A model generated the notes under the pieces. That model had not been told where the DNA came from. It was given only the letters and a program-made list of their open reading frames with translations, and ran no database searches. A stretch of 64,000 bases of DNA from Planctomycetota bacterium. GTDB taxonomy: Bacteria > Planctomycetota > UBA8108 > SXIK01. The translations under genes were made by a program, and so were the position numbers. The stretch covers positions 5,019,386 to 5,083,385 of the forward strand of contig OZ244999.1 in assembly GCA_965223265.1 (NCBI GenBank). Direction: 5' to 3'. Shown in pieces: positions 28,491 through 37,846 of the stretch (positions are counted from its first letter, which is position 1; each line of letters begins with the position of its first letter).

Positions 28491-31400
28491 TCAATTCTCA
28501 TCTTCTTTCGCAGCGTTGAAGGCGTGCATGTGCATGAGGTAACGAATCAACGCGTCGATTTTCTCTTTGTTCTCCGCCGACGGGAACTCCACCTCCCCTG
28601 GCTTCGCCATCGCATCCCGCGTGCTGAAAAAGTTCGGCATCTTGGTGCCTGGCATGAAGTCCGGCGGGCTACCGAGCCAGTCGCCGACCCAATCGGGCCG
28701 CAGCCGCTCCGCAGCGAGGGCCAAGTCCGGTCCCCATGTGTCCTTTTCCCAACGTTTGCCCACCGCCCACTTGGCGCCGGCCGGTACGTTTTCCTCCGCC
28801 CACGCCTTGGCGGCCGCGACACTCTCAAATCCTTCCTGATGGCGGAATTCGCCGTTCTCGGACCAGACGACGTAGTCGGAGCTATCCGGAATGCTGAACT
28901 TGAACTGCTGCCAATCGAACGCCTCCGCCGGTTCAAAGGTGGGGTAAATCGGCAACACGTCGCCCGACGGATGGCAGCCGTTACAACTCAGCCCGCCCGG
29001 CACCTTGTCCGACTTAGCAAAGAGCTCGTAGCCCCTCTGCACCGCCGCCGCGTCGTCACGGTCGGCATCGAAAACCTCGCCGTCAAAAGGCAACCCGGAG
29101 CGCACCTTGAACCAGCGCACGATCTTGCGCGAGTCTTCGGGTGAGAGGTGGAAAGAGGGCATCTTCACCTTGAGCCACGGCCGGATCGTGTCGACGTCGA
29201 GAAGGAAATCGAAGAGCCACCGGCTCCGCACGCGCTCGCCCTGGCGCACGAGAGGCGGCGGTGCGTAGGCGCGCTGCGTCACGTCAGTGCCAAAGTAGAA
29301 ACGAATCTCGCCTTCGTGGTAGCCCGCTACCGGCAGCCTCTGCGAGTGCAGCGCATGCTTCGGCACACCCCGGGCCTCCGCGTCACGGATCGCCAGCTCA
29401 ACCACCGAAATCGGCTCGTCGTCCGAGTCATCATCGTCGTCGAGGCTCATCGTCGAGTGATCGTAGACCTCCTTATTGAGGAGCGTGCCGAACGGCAGCT
29501 TCAGGCCGCTCGCACCGGCTTTCGCCTTCGCGCTCAGCGTCACCTCACGGTTGAGCCACGTCTCCTTCTCGAGCTCGAACATGGCGACGACGTCTTCGCG
29601 ATCCTCGTAGAGACTGAACGTCGGCAATTCATCGAGCGGCACGAACTGGTCCTCGGCGCCGATGCGGTGGCACCCTTGGCAGTTGAGCTTCTCAATGATG
29701 CGAGCGCCCTCTTCGAGAATCTTGGCGTCACCAGTCAGCTTCCGCTTCTTCGCCGGCTGCACAGGATCGTTGACCAACCCAACGATGAACGTGGCAACAG
29801 CCTCGACCTGGTCCGGATCGTCGTGAAACGCGAACAGCGGCATCTTGAGGAGCTCTTCCGGAGTCTTTTGCACCAGCTGCCGCGTCACGGCATACGTGTA
29901 GACGTCATCGTCGACCTCTTGCTCCGCCGGGATCACGTCGAAGCGGCGCGTGTCGCTCAGCTTCGCTTCGATCCAGGCGTAACGGTTGCCGTGAGGAATC
30001 GCTTCGCGGCCCGAATGCTGATGTCCCCAAAGGCCGTAGTCGAGGCGATCGGGAAGCTTGCTGCCCCAGCCGTTGAGCTCAGCGCCAATGCGCTGGGCTG
30101 CGTCCATGGAACCCTTGATGTCGATCGCCACTTCTTCGCCTGTGAAGTCGAACTGCGCGTCGCTAATACCGTCGTGGCAGGCGAAGCAGCCGTAACGACG
30201 AATGAGTCGCTGCCCGGCGAAGAGGAGCTTCTGTTCTGCGCTCATCTTCTCCAGTTTCTGGTTCGCTCTGGTGCGCCCGACGGCGGACTCACTCTTGAGG
30301 TAGTTGTGGACGAGGTCGTCGAGCTGCGCGGTCGACTCGGCGTTCATCGAGAAAGGCGGTAATGCCGCGAAGCCTGGATCCTTCAGCGCCATCAAGTAAG
30401 CCACGAGATCGGCGACCTTCTGGTCGCCTCCCGGGTCGTCCTCGAGCCTGAGCCGCGGCATGATGGTGTTCGGGTCATGCGCGCGCGGGTTCACGATCCA
30501 GTCAGCCAGCCACGCGGCACTGGTGATCTTCGAGCCGAGACCGCTAAGATCAGGCGCCCGGGTGTTGTGAATCCAGCGATTCTGAATCGCGGTGATCGCC
30601 TGCTTGACCGCAGCGACGTCAGCGCCGGCCTTCTCGATCTCGAGGGTGGGCATGATCACACGGCGGTGCTGTTCGACGACTTTCTCGCCGACCGGAAGTC
30701 GCTCGTAAAACTCAACAAGGTCGAGAAGCGCGGCGAGCGCTTTCGTCGCTAAGCTCTTCTGGTCGGGAGCATCATGGACCGAAGCGCGCTCTGCTTCCGC
30801 TTTCTCCGCCAGGACGCGTTCGGTCGTCGGGAATTCCGCACCGAGCCCGACCAGCTGCTCCTTCGCGGCGTCGACGAGCGCCATCAGGCTCTCCTCGGTG
30901 CCGCCAAGCTCGGGCGTCATGCTCTCGGACTTGACGCTGTGGCAGCCAAGGCAGCCGCTAGTGCGAAACACCTCACGGCCGGCTTTCGGGTCTCCCTGCA
31001 GCGCGGGATCGAGCTGATAGGTGAGAGCCAGCGGCAGGCTCGTCTCGGCAATGTATGTAGCGATGGCGAAAGCTTCGACCGTATTGCGTGAGTGGAAGTC
31101 GATCGACTCGAGCTGGCCGCCGCTGCGCTGCACGAGCATTTCGCCGCCACCTGCTGCGGCAGGATCCGCCGCATCGTAGTGGCCACCACTGTTGGTCAGG
31201 TCAAAGAATCGCGGCATGCGCGCCGACGGTCGAAACTGCTGCGGATTGCGGATCTGCTGATAGACAAACTTGGCATCGGTCTTGGCGGTGAGGTGGGCGA
31301 GATGCGGGCCGACCTTCGGCTCCGCCTCAAAGTTCTCGATCTTGTGGCAACCGAAACAACCGTAGGTCTTGACGAGCTCGTAGCCGCGGTTCCAATTGCC

Positions 31401-33137
31401 GCCACCTTCGAGGCGATGCTCCTCTGAGTGGCACTTGCCGCAGCTCGAGGTGACGTACTTACTCTCGAACATCGGCCAGTCTTGGTGGTGCATCTTGTGC
31501 CAGTGGTACTTCTCCTCCCATTCCTCGCGCTGTGCTTCGCTGTTCGGCGTGTGGGAGGCGCGCGTGAAGTCGGTTGCGTGACCGTCGCCGGCGTGACAAA
31601 CCGTGCAGCCGAATTCGCCGTACGGATGCGGACTCGCGCTGCCGACAAAAAGATCGAGCCGTGGGTGACTGGCGTAAACGGAGCCCCAGTCGTCGCTCTG
31701 GAAGTCAACGACTTCGGGGGCCGGGTTGTCGATGTTGATGTGGCAAGTTTGGCAACGATCGATGCGCGGCATCGTCAGCAGCTGCAGGTCCTCGTGAAGA
31801 TCTGGGGTCACCACCTTCTGAATCGTATAGCTCGGCGCCAACATGTCGAGGATCGGCAAATTGCGCGTGACGTTAGCAAAATTCGTTGCGACGAGATTGA
31901 ACCGCTGGCGTACCTGCTTGACTTCGAAGTCGAGCGCCGCCAGTTCGGTCTCGAGGTCGGCCAGTGAGCGGCCATCCGCACCGGTGAGCTCGGTGCGCTG
32001 TTTCGCGACCACGGCCGCCGCCGCGTCGGCCGCGTTTTTCAACTCTTCAACGCGGCGCTGGTCCGCTTCGATTTTGATGGACCATTGTTCCGCGAACTGC
32101 CTGTCGGTGCGCCGGATCGCCTCTTCCCCCTTGGGGGTCTCACGGTGTTTGTCGAGGATACTTCGTTTCTCCTCCTCGAACTTAAAACGCTCAGCGACGG
32201 CCTTGCCGCGGTCGACCTTGAGCTGCTTTTCGGCGAGCGAGAACGCGGTTGTCTTTTCAACCAACTCCCTCTTGAGGTCAGCGTAGTCGGAATTCGACGT
32301 CTCGAGCGCCTCTTCCGTGTCCGCGAGGAGCGCTTCGAAACGGTCGAGCCCGCTTCCTGACGCGGAAGCGAGAATGTCCGCGGCCGAGTCAGGTGCAATG
32401 GATGCGAGAATGCTCTCGAGTTTTGGCTCAAGGTCGCCGAGGGTTTTCTGGACGCTCGCCTCAGCTTCGACGAGTTCCGCCCCGTACTTCTTCTCGAGCT
32501 CGCCCTCCCAGTTCGACTGGATCTGCTTCCACGGACGGTTGTAGTCCTTCCACATGATCGCCACGGTGTAGACGAGAAGAAGGATGCTCAAGATGAAGAA
32601 GGCGACGTTCAGCGACGTCACCTTGTAGAGAGTCGTCTCGCTGTCGGGCTCGTCGAAGAGGTGCGAACCCGCAGAGGCGCCGATCGTCGATCCGGTGAGC
32701 GTTTCGACCGTGCGCACAGAATCTCTCTCCGGGTCGATCTCCGGCGCTTTCGCCGCCGGCGCTGCTGACGCGGCTGCCTTCTTGGCTGCCGCCGGCTTCG
32801 GCTTCGCGGCTTTCGCCGCAGCAGGTTTGGCCGCCGCTGGCTTCGCCGCGGCCGCCGGCTTTTTCGCCGCCGCCGGCGCGCTCTTCTTGGGAGCGGCTGC
32901 GCTCGCCGTGGGTGCACCGCCGCCGGCGCCGCACGTGAAGTACCCGCGCGTCGGCGCCCAGACTTTGGAACCGCCGCCGGTCGCCGCAGCGGGAGCTGCT
33001 GCAGCGGCCGTTGGTTCGGCACTCGCGGCTTCTTCGCTACTCGCATCCGACGCTGGCGCGGCGGACTCAGCAGGCGCGGAACCTCCCGCGCCGATTTCGA
33101 AGTAGCCGCGTGTTGGACACCAAAGTCGGTCTGCCAT
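28491..33137 (-). CDS. Membrane-anchored octaheme c-type cytochrome, the large c subunit of the Rieske/cyt b complex, with a repeat-containing cytoplasmic N-terminus
   Basis: Eight CxxCH motifs (CQTCH, CTVCH, CGKCH, CFGCH, CLGCH, CFACH, CQGCH, CNGCH). One transmembrane helix (LNVAFFILSILLLVYTVAIMW) and a long coiled coil after it. N-terminus has a duplicated W[CA]PTRGYFxxGAGG motif and a (K/A/P)-rich tail. Confidence 0.8.
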   Translation of the reverse strand: MADRLWCPTRGYFEIGAGGSAPAESAAPASDASSEEAASAEPTAAAAAPAAATGGGSKVWAPTRGYFTCGAGGGAPTASAAAPKKSAPAAAKKPAAAAKPAAAKPAAAKAAKPKPAAAKKAAASAAPAAKAPEIDPERDSVRTVETLTGSTIGASAGSHLFDEPDSETTLYKVTSLNVAFFILSILLLVYTVAIMWKDYNRPWKQIQSNWEGELEKKYGAELVEAEASVQKTLGDLEPKLESILASIAPDSAADILASASGSGLDRFEALLADTEEALETSNSDYADLKRELVEKTTAFSLAEKQLKVDRGKAVAERFKFEEEKRSILDKHRETPKGEEAIRRTDRQFAEQWSIKIEADQRRVEELKNAADAAAAVVAKQRTELTGADGRSLADLETELAALDFEVKQVRQRFNLVATNFANVTRNLPILDMLAPSYTIQKVVTPDLHEDLQLLTMPRIDRCQTCHINIDNPAPEVVDFQSDDWGSVYASHPRLDLFVGSASPHPYGEFGCTVCHAGDGHATDFTRASHTPNSEAQREEWEEKYHWHKMHHQDWPMFESKYVTSSCGKCHSEEHRLEGGGNWNRGYELVKTYGCFGCHKIENFEAEPKVGPHLAHLTAKTDAKFVYQQIRNPQQFRPSARMPRFFDLTNSGGHYDAADPAAAGGGEMLVQRSGGQLESIDFHSRNTVEAFAIATYIAETSLPLALTYQLDPALQGDPKAGREVFRTSGCLGCHSVKSESMTPELGGTEESLMALVDAAKEQLVGLGAEFPTTERVLAEKAEAERASVHDAPDQKSLATKALAALLDLVEFYERLPVGEKVVEQHRRVIMPTLEIEKAGADVAAVKQAITAIQNRWIHNTRAPDLSGLGSKITSAAWLADWIVNPRAHDPNTIMPRLRLEDDPGGDQKVADLVAYLMALKDPGFAALPPFSMNAESTAQLDDLVHNYLKSESAVGRTRANQKLEKMSAEQKLLFAGQRLIRRYGCFACHDGISDAQFDFTGEEVAIDIKGSMDAAQRIGAELNGWGSKLPDRLDYGLWGHQHSGREAIPHGNRYAWIEAKLSDTRRFDVIPAEQEVDDDVYTYAVTRQLVQKTPEELLKMPLFAFHDDPDQVEAVATFIVGLVNDPVQPAKKRKLTGDAKILEEGARIIEKLNCQGCHRIGAEDQFVPLDELPTFSLYEDREDVVAMFELEKETWLNREVTLSAKAKAGASGLKLPFGTLLNKEVYDHSTMSLDDDDDSDDEPISVVELAIRDAEARGVPKHALHSQRLPVAGYHEGEIRFYFGTDVTQRAYAPPPLVRQGERVRSRWLFDFLLDVDTIRPWLKVKMPSFHLSPEDSRKIVRWFKVRSGLPFDGEVFDADRDDAAAVQRGYELFAKSDKVPGGLSCNGCHPSGDVLPIYPTFEPAEAFDWQQFKFSIPDSSDYVVWSENGEFRHQEGFESVAAAKAWAEENVPAGAKWAVGKRWEKDTWGPDLALAAERLRPDWVGDWLGSPPDFMPGTKMPNFFSTRDAMAKPGEVEFPSAENKEKIDALIRYLMHMHAFNAAKEDEN

Positions 33138-33145
33138 GAGGACTC

Positions 33146-34228
33146 CTAGATGTTAAAGAAGTACTCCGGGATGGCCACGATGTACTTGAGGTTGAAAATC
33201 CACCGCAGCAGCATCTTGATCGGAAGCGCGGCCATAAAGAGAAAGAGATTCACCATGATGTTGAAGCGCACGAAACCCATCTGGACGTACGTCTTGCGAA
33301 AGACGGTCTTGGCCAAGATCGGCGGCAGCACGGCGAAGTAAAGGATCACCATGACGAAGCCTAGCCACTCCCGCGCCAGAATGTTCTGCGGCAACGCCAC
33401 GCCAAGAAACTCGTTGTAGAGATACTCCGAGACGTTGACGTTGCTCAAAGCTTCGATCTTGTGCGCGTCCCAATATTCGTACGGCCCAAAGAAGTTCCAG
33501 TTGGGTCCACGCAGAAACGTCCCGAGAATGATGAGCATGATCCACAGCGGGATGAATCCGAAAAGGAACGTTGAGATCGCAAAGGGCCGCTCCTTGAAGG
33601 TGTAGTAACCATTGCCCTTTGGATTGGGATCGATGTAGGGGATGGCCATGAGTCCGACGATGATCTGCGTCGGAAAAACCACGCCGGCGAGCCACGGATC
33701 GTAGTAGACGAGCATCTCCTGCAGTCCGAGGAAGTACCACGGCGCCTTCGACGGATTGGGTGTTCGCGCCGGGCTCGCTGGTTCCTCCAGCGGCGCTTCC
33801 AGGTAGTACGCCCAAATCAGAAGCAGGACGGTGCAAAGAATCAGTACCAAGAACTCGCCGTAGACAAGATCCGGCCAGCACAGCACACGTCGGTTGCTCT
33901 CGCGCTGTTCAAACGTTGGCAGACCGCGATCGATCAGACGGTCATTGATGACCATCTTGCGAAACGCCAGCCAGAGGAGGAACCCGAGCGTGAACATCAT
34001 GATCGTGATGGGCACGTTGTCCGGTTTGGCGACGATCTTGGTGAAGTCGGGATCGGAAAGGCTGAGGATGAATCCGACAACACTGATCACGAGCACCGAT
34101 CCGGCGAACCAGGCTTGGGTCCAGAAGGACCGGAGCACGATGATCAGAAGGAGACCGACGATCGAGATCAAAAAGAACGTCGTTGGCCCGAGGAGACCGT
34201 CGATGAAATTCTTGAGAAACTCTGGCAC
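33146..34228 (-). CDS. Cytochrome b C-terminal-half subunit (subunit IV / PetD-like) of a split b6-type cytochrome b
   Basis: Multi-transmembrane protein with the conserved P-W-Y region SKAPWYFLGLQEMLVYY (the Qo-site PEWY-type motif); immediately downstream of the cyt b6 gene. Confidence 0.75.
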   Translation of the reverse strand: MPEFLKNFIDGLLGPTTFFLISIVGLLLIIVLRSFWTQAWFAGSVLVISVVGFILSLSDPDFTKIVAKPDNVPITIMMFTLGFLLWLAFRKMVINDRLIDRGLPTFEQRESNRRVLCWPDLVYGEFLVLILCTVLLLIWAYYLEAPLEEPASPARTPNPSKAPWYFLGLQEMLVYYDPWLAGVVFPTQIIVGLMAIPYIDPNPKGNGYYTFKERPFAISTFLFGFIPLWIMLIILGTFLRGPNWNFFGPYEYWDAHKIEALSNVNVSEYLYNEFLGVALPQNILAREWLGFVMVILYFAVLPPILAKTVFRKTYVQMGFVRFNIMVNLFLFMAALPIKMLLRWIFNLKYIVAIPEYFFNI

Positions 34229-34248
34229 AGGACCTTTCTCCTATCGAC

Positions 34249-35022
34249 TCACATCGGGCCTGAGATACCGCCGTCCTTGCGGACGCGCCAGAAGTGCACC
34301 GCCATGAGCACCCCGGCGGCGAACGGAATCGCGATGCAGTGCAGCACATAGAAGCGCAGTAGTGCCGCAGCGCCGACGCTACGACCACCGAGCAGCGCGA
34401 ACTTCGCATCACTGCCGGCGGTGACAAGCGGGATGTCGCCAAGCATGACAAACGCCGCGCCAGGTCCTTCGTGACCGGCGATCGGTGTAGCGCGAGCCAT
34501 GTTACTGCCGACCGTGATCGCCCAAATCGCGAGCTGATCCCACGGCAAAAGGTATCCCGTAAAGCTGAGCAGCAACGTCAAGACGAGCAGGATCACACCG
34601 ACGTTCCAGTTGAACTCGCGCGGCGGCTTGTACGACCCCGTGAGGAAGACGCGCAGCATATGAAGCCAGACGGTGATCACCATGGCGTGCGCGCCCCAGC
34701 GATGCAGCTCGCGCATGATGCCGAGCGGCACGTGCTCACGGAGCGCCTTGATATCGGCGAACGCGTACTCGACGGTCGGCCGGTAGTAGAACATGAGCAA
34801 GATGCCGGTGATCGTTTCGACAAGGAACAAAAAGAACGTGATCCCTCCCATGCACCACGTGAAACTCATGCGAACGCCTGACTTTCGCACTTTGATGGGA
34901 TGGAGGTGTAGAAACACGTTCGACAACACGGCGAGCGCCTGGTCGCGCGCGTTGTCGGGATACTTGTGCCGGAAGATCGACTTCCAGACGTGGGTATCCG
35001 TGATTTTCTTGAACAGCGTCAC
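34249..35022 (-). CDS. Cytochrome b6-type subunit (four-helix N-terminal half of cytochrome b) carrying the heme-ci Cys
   Basis: Bis-His haem ligand helices (HLHPIKV..., [24 protein letters not shown], ...HCIAIPF...HFWRV). The WCMGGITFF region corresponds to the CLGG Cys that covalently binds heme ci/cn in b6f. Confidence 0.85.
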   Translation of the reverse strand: MTLFKKITDTHVWKSIFRHKYPDNARDQALAVLSNVFLHLHPIKVRKSGVRMSFTWCMGGITFFLFLVETITGILLMFYYRPTVEYAFADIKALREHVPLGIMRELHRWGAHAMVITVWLHMLRVFLTGSYKPPREFNWNVGVILLVLTLLLSFTGYLLPWDQLAIWAITVGSNMARATPIAGHEGPGAAFVMLGDIPLVTAGSDAKFALLGGRSVGAAALLRFYVLHCIAIPFAAGVLMAVHFWRVRKDGGISGPM

Positions 35023-35052
35023 CTGTTGCTCCTTCGTATTCCTGGCCGTCCG

Positions 35053-35589
35053 TTACGTCGCCGAGTAGGCGATGTTGAGCGACGCCTCAGGGTCCGACCA
35101 CTGGCCGAGCTCTTGCTGAAACTTCTTCGATTTATCCACCTCGATCTGGCCGTCGGGCGCCAGCGACAGCTTGAATCGCTCCAGCGGGCGCGGTGCTGGT
35201 CCTTCGAAGTTGATCCCCGTGACGTAGAATCCGCTGCCATGGCACGGGCACTTGAACTTACGCTCCGTGGAGAGCCAGTTCGGGGTACAGCCGAGGTGCG
35301 TGCACGTCGTCGACAGGACGTAGAAGCCACTGAAGTCGCGCACGATCCAGATTCCGTTCTTAGCTTTGAAACGCTCGTCGACCGCACCGTCGGCGGCCGC
35401 AGCGAAGTCTTCTGGTCGCCCCACCTTGAAGCGCGTCGGCGGCTCGAAGAGGTCGTTGGGGAAAAAGAAACGCGCGGTCGCCAGAAGCCCCGCGAGGCTG
35501 GCAGCCGAAAACGCGATCCAGCCTGCAGAAACCTTCTGCATGAAACTGCGGCGGCTCGAAGTCGGTGCATTCGGTTCGGTAGCGTTCAT
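35053..35589 (-). CDS. Rieske [2Fe-2S] iron-sulfur protein, Tat-exported
   Basis: Box I CTHLGC and box II CPCHGS. Twin-arginine motif SRRSFMQKV after the internal start MNATEPNAP.... Start set at the ATG at 35589, which overlaps the upstream gene's stop as ATGA; the track ORF extends to 35820. Confidence 0.85.
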   Translation of the reverse strand: MNATEPNAPTSSRRSFMQKVSAGWIAFSAASLAGLLATARFFFPNDLFEPPTRFKVGRPEDFAAAADGAVDERFKAKNGIWIVRDFSGFYVLSTTCTHLGCTPNWLSTERKFKCPCHGSGFYVTGINFEGPAPRPLERFKLSLAPDGQIEVDKSKKFQQELGQWSDPEASLNIAYSAT

Positions 35590-36821
35590 ACCTTGCCTCG
35601 CGTCACTGTCAGAAAGCTCACGGTTACAAAGCTCACGGCCGCGGCGAGTTGACTCTGCGGCGACGGCGCATGGCCGCGAGGCTCTGCACCGGCACTGCAG
35701 CGCGCACTGGCACTGCGAAGCGCACCGCGCAAAGAATCGGGGCACGTTTGGAAAAAGGCGCTTTCTATCACAAACGAACCCTGCAGTGCCAGCCTCGAAA
35801 CCGAGACGGCATCGGGGCACGGAGCTGCTCCCGTCTTGGTAGGCTCCGCGGTCGCCGGAGCCTCCCCTGCCCCAGAGGCATCAGTGCCGACGTCGGGCTC
35901 GGGTGCTGGCGAAAGATCCGGCTCACGGCCGGGTGCGGCGCCGATCGCGTCGATCGCCCGAAAGGCCGCATTACGCACCTTCGCGCTGCGAGAGTCCTTC
36001 TGCAGCGACAGAATCAGCTCTCGCGACGCCTCACCGCGCAGGGCCGCAATCGCCTCCATCGCCTGGATCATGTAGCCTTCTGCCTCCTCAAGCCGCAGAG
36101 GCTGACGCGCGTCCCCGCGCTGCTCGTCAAAAAACTCCCACGACAGCAGGTCGAGCAGAAGTGGTTCGGCAGCGGCGTTTTGGTAGTAGCGCCCAAGCCA
36201 GCAGGCCGCGCTCCATTGAATCTCGCGCCGCGGCTCGCTGAGCGCGGCAACCAGGAGCGGCTCCGCCTCCGCGCTCCGCATGTTCACCAGTCCGCCGAGC
36301 GCGTGCCAGCGAATCTCCCACTCTTCTGCGCCCGGCCGCTGGCGGACGAGGTCGACCAAATAGGCCGCCGCTCCGGGAGCGTGCGACAGCCCGAGCGCCA
36401 CCACCGCAGCCATACGCGTCTGTGGTTCAGTGTCCGCGGACTCAACAAGACGTTTCATCAGCGGGAGCGACAGCTCCGGCCGCCCAGCACGGCCAATCGT
36501 CGTGGTCACGAACTGGGAAAAATCGGCTTCATCGGAGTAGCGCTCCCGAAGCCGCAGGAGCTGCTCGGTCTGGGTTCGTGTCAAATACTCGCCCGGGGCG
36601 AATTCCTGCACGCGCTGCGCCAACTCATATGCGTCCCGCTGCCGCGCTTGAGAGCCGCCGCTCGCGAGCGCGGCGATGAGCTCATCGTTGGTGCGTCCAT
36701 CCTCAGCCGACGCAGCGACGAAGAGATAGACAAGAACACAGACGATGACGATCAGCAGCGGAAACAGGAAAAGCTGAGGAATCAGCTGTCCGAAGGTGGT
36801 CCGATTCGAGACTGGAGCCAC
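35586..36821 (-). CDS. Membrane-anchored HEAT-repeat (PBS-lyase-like) protein, first gene of the Rieske/cyt b operon
   Basis: N-terminal transmembrane segment (LIPQLFLFPLLIVIVCVLVYLFVAA). Repeated helical A/L/E-rich units typical of HEAT repeats (AAVVALGLSHAPGAAAYLVDLV...EIRWHALGGLVNM...EIQWSAACWLGRY). Confidence 0.55.
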   Translation of the reverse strand: MAPVSNRTTFGQLIPQLFLFPLLIVIVCVLVYLFVAASAEDGRTNDELIAALASGGSQARQRDAYELAQRVQEFAPGEYLTRTQTEQLLRLRERYSDEADFSQFVTTTIGRAGRPELSLPLMKRLVESADTEPQTRMAAVVALGLSHAPGAAAYLVDLVRQRPGAEEWEIRWHALGGLVNMRSAEAEPLLVAALSEPRREIQWSAACWLGRYYQNAAAEPLLLDLLSWEFFDEQRGDARQPLRLEEAEGYMIQAMEAIAALRGEASRELILSLQKDSRSAKVRNAAFRAIDAIGAAPGREPDLSPAPEPDVGTDASGAGEAPATAEPTKTGAAPCPDAVSVSRLALQGSFVIESAFFQTCPDSLRGALRSASARCSAGAEPRGHAPSPQSQLAAAVSFVTVSFLTVTRGKV

Positions 36822-36973
36822 TGCTTGCCGTTCCGGACTCGTGGCGGACGCCAGCGAAGCCCACAGACACCATCTTAAGTCATTCTAAAGACGAAACTTA
36901 GGAAGCCTCCGCAGCTTCCCACTGAGTATCATAGGAAGCGGCGAATGCCGGTTCAAGTGAGGGCGGGCGCGTC

Positions 36974-37846
36974 TTATTGTCGCACCGGTGGCCCGAGCTC
37001 GCGGCGACACTTCCCCGCCAGCTCGGTAGCCGCCTCCCGCACAAGATCCGGCTCTCCCTGCTGGAAGGCGCCCAGCACGAGAGACACCGGACTGAACGTC
37101 ACGTGCTGATCCGCAGCTTCTTCGTTGGCTTCACTGGACGTAAAGCTGAGACACGGCCAGGGCCCCATCCCTTTGAGCATCAACCAACGCCCCGGATAGC
37201 CCAACCTCGCGCGCTGCCGCTCACCGAAAAGAAAACCCAAGGCAACCAGCGTGTTCAGGGGCACGCCGTCGGCGGGAAAGCGCTCGACGGGCAATTCAGC
37301 GGCGAGGGCCTCCGCCAGTCGAAGCTCGCCGTCCTCATCCCAAAAATCCGTCCGCAGCCCGAAGACCTCGCGAAGGAGGAACATGCCCACGGTGGCAACT
37401 TGAAACGCCACGTCGGGTTCGAGCCCGTTGCCAAAGCAGACCACGGGGACGGCGAGACACTCGAACTCGGAGACTTTTCCCCGTCCAAAAAGCGTCCCAA
37501 GGACCGCCGGGATCGGGTGCAGGGACGCGAACCGGATCCTTCCCGCCGCCGACGTCACTTCGCCCTTGATCTCTAACAGCACGTTGATGACGTGGACGAG
37601 GAGCTCCTCCTCCCACTCTTTCACCATGACGACGAGAAAGCAATCGGCGGAATCGAGTCGAGTTTGAAAGAACCGGCAGGCATCAGAGTTCGGGTGACGG
37701 GAGTTGTGAGGTTCGATGGAGAACAACTCTTCCCCTCGGGCGCGGCAGGCAAAGACCACTTTTTCCACCGCACGCTCCACAGTGTCGCCCGGTTCCAGCT
37801 GAACACCCGGAAATTCCATCACAGCGATCTCGTCGTCTCTTTTCAT
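36974..37846 (-). CDS. Hypothetical cytoplasmic protein. The track ORF runs to 37975; the internal ATG at 37846 is more plausible.
   Basis: The ORF has coding-like composition but no motif I can name. Confidence 0.35.
   Translation of the reverse strand: MKRDDEIAVMEFPGVQLEPGDTVERAVEKVVFACRARGEELFSIEPHNSRHPNSDACRFFQTRLDSADCFLVVMVKEWEEELLVHVINVLLEIKGEVTSAAGRIRFASLHPIPAVLGTLFGRGKVSEFECLAVPVVCFGNGLEPDVAFQVATVGMFLLREVFGLRTDFWDEDGELRLAEALAAELPVERFPADGVPLNTLVALGFLFGERQRARLGYPGRWLMLKGMGPWPCLSFTSSEANEEAADQHVTFSPVSLVLGAFQQGEPDLVREAATELAGKCRRELGPPVRQ

Noticed and set aside
29148-30362. 404-aa plus-strand ORF inside the octaheme cytochrome gene (and others at 28431-29144, 31428-32286)
   Set aside because: Antisense to an ORF with eight CxxCH motifs; Arg/Leu-rich composition.
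35589-35820. Longer Rieske ORF starting at 35820
   Set aside because: It would add a 77-aa Cys/Arg-rich leader before the twin-arginine signal. The internal ATG at 35589 gives a canonical Tat signal and an ATGA overlap with the upstream gene.
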